A stretch of 64,000 nucleotides of DNA from Acidimicrobiia bacterium. Lineage in GTDB: Bacteria; Actinomycetota; Acidimicrobiia; Acidimicrobiales; JANYDT01. Both the position numbers and the translations under genes were made by a program. Of this stretch, positions 58,034 to 64,000 are shown one piece after another. The first letter of the stretch is position 1; every line of letters starts with the position of its first letter. Location of the stretch: assembly GCA_043720595.1 (NCBI GenBank), contig JAYSSK010000206.1, forward strand, positions 7,016-71,015, written 5' to 3'. The notes beneath the pieces were generated by a model, which saw nothing but the letters and a program-made list of their open reading frames with translations, was not told the origin of the DNA and ran no database searches.

Positions 58034-59578
58034 TCATTGACCATTTTTGATGATGCGGACGAGTTCGGTGACTTGGTCGTAGGTTGCACGTCGTTCGTGC
58101 ATCTGCTCGGTGATCTTCTCGACTGCGTGGATGACTGTCGTGTGGTCTCGTCCGCCGAATTCGCGTCCGATCATGGGATAAGAGAAGTCCGTCAGTTCCC
58201 TGAAGACGTACATGGCCACCTGGCGTGCCGTCACGAGGGGCCGGCGGCGGCTCTGCCCCGTGAGGTCCTCGATGCTGAAGTCGAACATGGACGCAGTTGC
58301 GTCGAGGATGGAACGCGCCGTGATGGGCCGCGGTTCTGACGAGGACAGGAGATATCCGAGAACGCGTCGTTCGACCGTAATCGGGTCGAGAACTTCGCCA
58401 GGGCCGAGATTGAGACTGGCCCATGCGCAGACTCGGTTCAGAGCGCCTTCGAGTTCCCGGATGTTGTCTTTTATGTTCGTCGCGATGAACGTGAGGACTT
58501 CGTCGGGAACAAAGACGCGCTCACGGTCGGCCTTCTTGCGGAGGATGGCAAGGCGGGTTTCAAGCTCTGGTGGCTGCACATCGGTGATGAGGCCCCATTC
58601 GAACCTGCTCCGCAACCGGTCTTCCAGGGTCCGAATGTTCTTCGGGGGCCGATCCGACGAGATGACAATCTGACGGCCGGACTGATGCAGGAAGTTGAAG
58701 GTATGGAAGAACTCTTCCTGCGTACCTTCCTTACCCTCCATGAACTGGATGTCGTCGATCAGCAACACGTCGCAATCGTCGCGGTATCGGCGCTTGAATG
58801 CTCCGGTGGTGTTGGTTTTGATGGCGTCGACGAATTCGGTGACGAACGTTTCTGTTGATACGTACCGGACGCGACTGTGCTTGTAGTTCTGCTGCACATA
58901 TTGGGCGATGGCCTGTAGGAGATGGCTCTTCCCAAGGCCAGAGTCACCGTAAATAAACAGCGGGTTGTAGCTGCGTGCAGGCGTTTCGGCAACCGACAGC
59001 GCTGCGGCATGCGCGAATCGGTTCGATGATCCGATGACGAAATCTTCGAAGGTGTAGCGAGGATTCAAAATGAGATCCGCGCCAGACGAGCCAGCCCCCC
59101 CGTTCCGTGGCGCGGTGTGTGGTTCCGGCTGCTCTCGTTCTGGTGCTGGGCGGTACGCGGTGAGATCGACCACATTGTCGGGGGTTGGGCCAGCGCCGAT
59201 ATTGCCAGCGTTGCCCATACCTGTGGGCAGATTCGGGCCACTGTTCTGTGTGTTGATTTGCGAGTCGTCCCGGCCATGCGAACGGCTTTCGGTGTCATCC
59301 ACAGGAGCGAGTCGCTGAGTGGCGTCTACCGAGACATCGATGACGACCTCCATCGGCCGACCGCTTGATTCGCTGAGCACCGACCGAAGCAGGCCGAGAA
59401 AGCGTTCCTCGATCTTTTCCTTGACCAAGCCGTCAGGGACGCCGAGCACAACGCGTTGGTCGCTGAGCGACAACGGTGTGGCGTGGACGAAGTACATGTT
59501 CCAAATCGCCTCGGAAACCTGTAGGCGCAGCTGCGCCCCGGCCCGGCCCCACAGTTCGTTTGTCTCCTGGTTGTCCAC
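58034..59578 (-). CDS. dnaA: Chromosomal replication initiator DnaA
   Basis: YTFEDFVIGSSNRFA, YNPLFIYGDSGLGKSHL, LLIDDIQF and GGRDHTTV. Confidence 0.98.
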   Translation of the reverse strand: MDNQETNELWGRAGAQLRLQVSEAIWNMYFVHATPLSLSDQRVVLGVPDGLVKEKIEERFLGLLRSVLSESSGRPMEVVIDVSVDATQRLAPVDDTESRSHGRDDSQINTQNSGPNLPTGMGNAGNIGAGPTPDNVVDLTAYRPAPEREQPEPHTAPRNGGAGSSGADLILNPRYTFEDFVIGSSNRFAHAAALSVAETPARSYNPLFIYGDSGLGKSHLLQAIAQYVQQNYKHSRVRYVSTETFVTEFVDAIKTNTTGAFKRRYRDDCDVLLIDDIQFMEGKEGTQEEFFHTFNFLHQSGRQIVISSDRPPKNIRTLEDRLRSRFEWGLITDVQPPELETRLAILRKKADRERVFVPDEVLTFIATNIKDNIRELEGALNRVCAWASLNLGPGEVLDPITVERRVLGYLLSSSEPRPITARSILDATASMFDFSIEDLTGQSRRRPLVTARQVAMYVFRELTDFSYPMIGREFGGRDHTTVIHAVEKITEQMHERRATYDQVTELVRIIKNGQ

Positions 59579-59623
59579 AGCTAAACCTCAGCCTTACACA
59601 GGGAAGTCCACAGGTGTGGAAAA
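59571..59623. promoter_or_regulatory. DnaA boxes at and upstream of the dnaA start (autoregulation or second origin half)
   Basis: TTGTCCACA 59571-59579 overlaps the GTG start. AAGTCCACA 59604-59612 and TGTGGAAAA 59615-59623 lie just upstream. Confidence 0.8.
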
Positions 59624-60013
59624 CCTCTGCCGATGGGGGAAATCCCGGAGGCGCCGGGGAAAGGTGCCTTGGACACCCTACGCGGCTGGGGAAGCACCCG
59701 GGAGGGTGGGAGATGGAAGCTACCACCACGGAGACGGCGCGCGTCCAGGCTATGGCGGGTCTAGACGGCTACCGCGACGGGTCGGACCGGGCGGTTCGGG
59801 CGACCGAGTAACATCGCCGTGTTCGTTCTTCGGGCAGCAGTTGCCGCGCCGTCAACATCGTCAAACATTCGTCGAAAAGTTTCACCGTGTGCTGTTCAGT
59901 GCTGCTGATCGGTTTCTCGGTCGACGACGATGTCACGGGTGCTCGGCCGTGTCGTCCGTTGCCTCGAACCGAACAGACAAACCGCAGCACTTGCAAGCAT
60001 CGGAACACTGATC

Positions 60014-60148
60014 ATGAAGCGCACCTTTCAACCCAACAACCGCCGCCGCGCCAAGAAGCACGGGTTCCGTGCCCGTATGGCGACTCCTGCTGGCCGTGCT
60101 GTCCTGAAGGCGCGTCGCCTCAAGGGCCGCACTCGTCTGTCGGCCTGA
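60014..60148 (+). CDS. rpmH: 50S ribosomal protein L34
   Basis: [22 protein letters not shown]...KGRTRLSA. Confidence 0.98.
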   Translation: MKRTFQPNNRRRAKKHGFRARMATPAGRAVLKARRLKGRTRLSA

Positions 60149-60193
60149 ATTTCCGGGTCCGGGCAAACAGAGCACACTGTCGAGTGCGCTGAC

Positions 60194-60577
60194 ATGGCCG
60201 AACGGTTGCATGTCCAGTCGCCGGCTCGAAGTGACGCGCCCATCCACCCGTTCACCGTGTGGTCTCTGCGTGGAGCGGGCGCCTTCCTCGAGATGCGTCG
60301 TTCCGGCCGTCCATGCAAACAGGGTCTGCTCGTTGTTCAGCGTGCAGCTGGTGTAGCTGAATGCCCGGTCGTGCTCGGCATGATTGTTGGTAAAACGGTC
60401 GGTAACGCGGTGGTCCGGAATCGTGTTCGACGCCAGATTCGTGCGGTGATCCGCGAACTGGCTCCCCAACTGTCCGGCAGCCGGGTGGTCGTACGAGCGC
60501 TGCCCGGCGCTGCTGACTCGTCCTACGAGACGCTGGCCGCCAACATCCGGACGTGCCTGATCGGGGTCAATTCGTGA
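60194..60577 (+). CDS. rnpA: Ribonuclease P protein component
   Basis: VGKTVGNAVVRNRVRRQIR RNR motif; follows rpmH. Confidence 0.92.
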   Translation: MAERLHVQSPARSDAPIHPFTVWSLRGAGAFLEMRRSGRPCKQGLLVVQRAAGVAECPVVLGMIVGKTVGNAVVRNRVRRQIRAVIRELAPQLSGSRVVVRALPGAADSSYETLAANIRTCLIGVNS

Positions 60578-60924
60578 CCCGCCACGCTTCCGTGTCCGTT
60601 GGAGTTGTTAACCAGCGTCTGTCGCCAGGTGCATTTGCCCTAGTCGCAGCCATTCGTTGCTATCGCGCCATGCTTGCAACGCGGCCTTCGCCGTGCCGAT
60701 TCGAACCCACCTGCTCTGCATATGGTCTTGAAGCAGTTCACGTCCACGGAGCAGTACGCGGTTCGTGGTTGATCATTCGCCGAATCAGCCGATGTCGTCC
60801 GGGTGGAGGTTCCGGTTACGAGCCTGTCCCACCGCGAGCGTCGGCAGACACTGGATCTGGCCCGTCTTCATCGTCTTCTACGTCCATTTCTGACTCCCCA
60901 CTACTGACTGAGCGCCATGTTTGA
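60574..60924 (+). CDS. yidD: Membrane protein insertion efficiency factor
   Basis: CRFEPTCSAY..EA...HGA.RGSWL...RISRCRP..GYEPVP. Confidence 0.93.
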   Translation: MTRHASVSVGVVNQRLSPGAFALVAAIRCYRAMLATRPSPCRFEPTCSAYGLEAVHVHGAVRGSWLIIRRISRCRPGGGSGYEPVPPRASADTGSGPSSSSSTSISDSPLLTERHV

Positions 60925-61969
60925 GATCATTGCCCAGGTCTTTGCCTTTCTGTTCGACCTAACGAACAGCTATGCAATGGCGATCATCATCCTGACGGTA
61001 CTTGTCCGGTTGATTCTGCTGCCGCTCACGTTGAAGCAGACCCGCTCCATGCAGGGAATGGCCAAACTGCAGCCGGAGATCAAGAAGCTGCAGGAAAAGC
61101 ATGGCGGCGATCGTCAGGCGATGAACGAAGAAGTCATGAAGCTCTACAAGGAGCACAAGGTCAACCCGGCAGGGGGTTGCTTGCCCATCTTGCTGCAGGC
61201 GCCGATCTTCATCGGCCTGTATCGCGTCGTCAACGGGCTCACTCGCAATGTTGAGCTCTCCGGCCTCATGATTCGCGTGGCTAAGCCGCAATACCTGTCC
61301 AACGACACCGACCTCTATCGCAGTCTTGTGCGTAGCGGTGGTGCGATGAAGTCATTCGGAATCGACTTGGCTCAGTCTGCTCAGGGCATTTCCGGCGGTT
61401 CCAGCTTTACCCGTTTGCCGTACATCCTGTTGGTCGTGCTCGTCGGTGTCACGGGATACTTGCAGCAGGTGATCACCAACAAGCAACAGGGTCCGCCTGC
61501 TACTGCTCAGGCCGCACAGATGCAGCGCACAATGAAATATCTCCCAGTTTTCTTCGCGTTCATTTCGTTCAATATCCAAGCGGCCGTGGTTTTGTACTGG
61601 ATCATCGGCAACCTGTGGATCATCGTCCAGGGTCAGATCCTTCGGAAGCTCAACCCAATTACCCCCGAGGCAGTCACCGCTAGCGCGCTGTCGTCGACGG
61701 TCGACAAGGTGGCCAAGCTGGACAAGGCGGTCCCGCCGGCCGGTAAGTCCGAGGCCAGCACTGTAGTGAAGGGCAGCAGTTCAGCGGTCGGCCCGGGCAG
61801 GTCTTCGGCTTCCGCATCACAGACGCCCAAAAACAAGGCCGCAGCGACTGGCCTCTCCGCTGGTCAGAGCGGTACACCAAAGAAGCAGTCAGCAATTGCT
61901 GCGGCCCGTCAGGCCGCTCGCGATGGGCGCTCCCGCCAAGCTGATTCCACGTCCGACACACAGAAATAG
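60917..61969 (+). CDS. yidC: Membrane protein insertase YidC
   Basis: IIILTVLVRLILLPL, GGCLPILLQAPIF and VLYW. Confidence 0.96.
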   Translation: MFEIIAQVFAFLFDLTNSYAMAIIILTVLVRLILLPLTLKQTRSMQGMAKLQPEIKKLQEKHGGDRQAMNEEVMKLYKEHKVNPAGGCLPILLQAPIFIGLYRVVNGLTRNVELSGLMIRVAKPQYLSNDTDLYRSLVRSGGAMKSFGIDLAQSAQGISGGSSFTRLPYILLVVLVGVTGYLQQVITNKQQGPPATAQAAQMQRTMKYLPVFFAFISFNIQAAVVLYWIIGNLWIIVQGQILRKLNPITPEAVTASALSSTVDKVAKLDKAVPPAGKSEASTVVKGSSSAVGPGRSSASASQTPKNKAAATGLSAGQSGTPKKQSAIAAARQAARDGRSRQADSTSDTQK

Positions 61970-61981
61970 GTTCAGGTAGCC

Positions 61982-62911
61982 ATGGAATGGGTTGAGTTCA
62001 CAGCTTCGTCGCTCGAGGACGCCACACAGTTGGCCGTTGACGGGTTGGGCCTCGAAGAGGCCGCGCTTGAAATCGAAGTCTTGGAGACGCCAGTGGCAGG
62101 GTTGTTCGGCCGCGTCCGTGGGACTGCTCGCATCCGTGCACGCGCCGCCGGCGCGGCGAAAGCTGCCAAAGGCACGAAGGCCGCAGCCAAGTCCGCGTCA
62201 AAATCCCAGTCAAAATCCCAGGCAGCCAAGTTCGACGCGAGCGAGGCCTCCGGTGCTGAGGCTGAAGCTCCGCCTCGTGCCGCTTCGCGCGCTACGCGGC
62301 CAAAGGCAAGCGGACCAGCACTCGCAGCGGTTGCTTCCGTTGCAGCCGCTCCGGTCAAACTTTCGCGAGACCGCCGTCCGCCGGCTTCTCGGGGAAGTTC
62401 GGGCCCTGCGAGGCCGAGCGGTGGGCCTTCACGGATGGCTGACGAACCCGTTGACGTGGATGTCGTGGTGGAAAGCTCGAAGCGCTTTCTGAGCGGCCTT
62501 CTCGAAGCCGCAGGCCTGAAGGGCAAGATCTCGCACCGTGTCGTCGACGAGCAAACCGTCGAGATTGCGCTCATCGGCGATACCCTCGGGATGCTCGTCG
62601 GGCCGAAAGGCCAAACCTTGTTGGCAGCGCAAGAGTTGCTCCGCACCTTCGTGCACCACGATACGGGAGGGCGGTCGGGTCGGTTGATGCTCGACGTCGC
62701 TGGCTACCGCGAAAAGCGGCGCGCTGCGTTGCAGATCTTCACGACACAGGTTGCCGAGTCAGTGGTGTCAACTGGCGAGCGTCGGGTCCTCGAGCCGATG
62801 AATGCGGTTGACCGGAAGGTCGTGCACGATACGGTGGCTGGTATCGCTGGCGTGTCGAGCCTGTCCGAGGGTGAGGATCCTCAACGTTACGTGGTTCTAC
62901 TTCCAGAGTGA
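61982..62911 (+). CDS. jag: Jag/EloR (KhpB) RNA-binding protein (Jag_N, KH, R3H)
   Basis: MEWVEFTA, LVGPKGQTL, LDVAGYREKR and PMNAVDRKVVHD. Confidence 0.94.
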   Translation: MEWVEFTASSLEDATQLAVDGLGLEEAALEIEVLETPVAGLFGRVRGTARIRARAAGAAKAAKGTKAAAKSASKSQSKSQAAKFDASEASGAEAEAPPRAASRATRPKASGPALAAVASVAAAPVKLSRDRRPPASRGSSGPARPSGGPSRMADEPVDVDVVVESSKRFLSGLLEAAGLKGKISHRVVDEQTVEIALIGDTLGMLVGPKGQTLLAAQELLRTFVHHDTGGRSGRLMLDVAGYREKRRAALQIFTTQVAESVVSTGERRVLEPMNAVDRKVVHDTVAGIAGVSSLSEGEDPQRYVVLLPE

Positions 62912-62957
62912 ATCAACTGTGTTTCGCCGGGAATCGGCTGGTCATCCAGGTCATCAA

Positions 62958-63599
62958 ATGACCGAAGGTTCCCGAGTTCACGTCGCCTTGGCGCAGTCGC
63001 AGGCCTACGGATTCCTCGGACCCGGCCCGCTGGAGACGCCGCTCCGCCATGCGAATGCGTTCATCGACGTGGTGTGCAGGGAAGTTGAGCGGCTGGATGG
63101 CGACGCCTCGACCAGTACGTGGTTGGACCTTGGCAGCGGGGGTGGTCTTCCAGGGCTCGTCGGAATTGACCGATTGCCCGAATCCTCGTGGGTGTTGCTC
63201 GATGCGCAAGGCAAGCGGATCCGCTTCCTGGAGTCCGTTCTTGATGACTGGCAGGTGACCCAGCGGGTCAGGTGCGCGCTGGGACGAGCGGAGGAGATTT
63301 ATCGAGCCGGTGAATATAGTGAAGTCGACATCGTCGTGGCGCGAGGCTTCGGTCAACCTGCAATAACGGCGGAATGTGCCACGGGGTTTCTTCCCGTCGG
63401 AGGGATGCTGGTAGTTTCCGAACCCCCACACTCCGATGGGAGCCGCTGGCTAGGAATCGACGGCGCACCCATGGGATTTTCGTTCAGCGGCATTCGTCGC
63501 AGTGGTGGATTCGGATTCGCCGTCCTCCGCAAAATTCGACACCATGCAGCACTGGTCCCCCGCTCTGGGGCACTGCTGGCAAAACAACCGCTGTTCTAG
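62958..63599 (+). CDS. rsmG: 16S rRNA m7G527 methyltransferase
   Basis: LDLGSGGGLPG, LLDAQGKR, GRAEE and VVARGF; position after jag. Confidence 0.9.
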   Translation: MTEGSRVHVALAQSQAYGFLGPGPLETPLRHANAFIDVVCREVERLDGDASTSTWLDLGSGGGLPGLVGIDRLPESSWVLLDAQGKRIRFLESVLDDWQVTQRVRCALGRAEEIYRAGEYSEVDIVVARGFGQPAITAECATGFLPVGGMLVVSEPPHSDGSRWLGIDGAPMGFSFSGIRRSGGFGFAVLRKIRHHAALVPRSGALLAKQPLF

Positions 63600-63705
63600 C
63601 GAACCAGGGTACGATCAGCGGATCCGGCGGATCTCATCTCTTCCGTATGTGAACTTCAGGTCCAACTTCGGCCCCTGTTCGCCACTCGGCCTGGCCTGCG
63701 GGCGA

Positions 63706-63721
63706 TGTTTCACGTGAAACA
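63706..63721. other. parS site 1 (TGTTTCACGTGAAACA)
   Basis: Perfect consensus parS, embedded in a 28-bp perfect palindrome at 63700-63727. Confidence 0.95.
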
Positions 63722-63784
63722 TCGCCCCGACGTGGGAGAGTCGATCATCCACTTGGATCCGCCGACGAAACGGCCCAGGTGTGA

Positions 63785-63800
63785 TGTTTCACGTGAAACA
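63785..63800. other. parS site 2 (TGTTTCACGTGAAACA)
   Basis: Perfect consensus parS. Confidence 0.95.
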
Positions 63801-63968
63801 CCTCGCTGGAACGGGCTGCGGGGCGGTTGGTTACGGTAAGCGCAGTAAAGACGTTCGAACAAGGCAGGCCGCATCACGACCGCACTGACGAGAACCGCTC
63901 CTGATCGTGAAACTTTGGCCTTGGCTGTCCGTCAAAGGCGGCGGAAGATTTGGGTGTCTCCCGAGGCG

Positions 63969-63984
63969 TGTTCCACGTGAAACA
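63969..63984. other. parS site 3 (TGTTCCACGTGAAACA)
   Basis: Common one-base variant of the consensus. Confidence 0.93.
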
Positions 63985-64000
63985 TCAAGAGACCTACTCC

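Noticed and set aside
1723..59010. Numerous long antisense or alternate-frame ORFs (e.g. 1723-2772, 7520-8470, 42760-43809, 50401-51495)
   Set aside because: They are shadow ORFs expected in high-GC coding DNA, lie opposite well-supported genes and have no recognisable motifs.
59624..60013. Possible ncRNA or small ORF in the long dnaA-rpmH spacer
   Set aside because: No recognisable RNA family or convincing ORF. Long spacers with divergent promoters are normal here.

Overview
High-GC chromosomal segment from an actinobacterium, most consistent with Acidimicrobiia (inferred from gene order and protein style). It spans the replication origin. Left to right: (1) the 3' part of a tightly coupled surface-glycan operon: flippase, two GT2, a Wzy_C/O-antigen-ligase-like protein, an RmlD-like reductase, an RGP/UDP-arabinopyranose-mutase (GT75)-like protein, GT4, a hexapeptide acetyltransferase and two TolB-like beta-propeller proteins. 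(2) A GNAT-Sua5(TsaC) fusion, a thioesterase, an SDR and a 1-Cys peroxiredoxin. (3) A partial aryl-carotenoid module (crtV convergent with crtT-crtU). (4) A betaproteobacterial-looking metG. (5) A nucleoside uptake and salvage region (BMP ABC transporter, cdd, add, phosphosugar mutase, deoC) containing an 18-codon metE-like remnant. (6) tRNA-Ala and tRNA-Ile, separated by a two-component module flanked by secreted proteins. (7) The conserved gyrA-gyrB-DUF721-recF-dnaN-oriC-dnaA / rpmH-rnpA-yidD-yidC-jag-rsmG block, followed by three parS sites. I recognised no CRISPR array, IS element, integrase or prophage. Best candidates for undescribed biology are the GT75-like and TolB-propeller glycan operon, the GNAT-Sua5 fusion, and paired DnaA-box-like arrays bracketing gyrB. 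All homology calls are by-eye motif recognition, not database searches.
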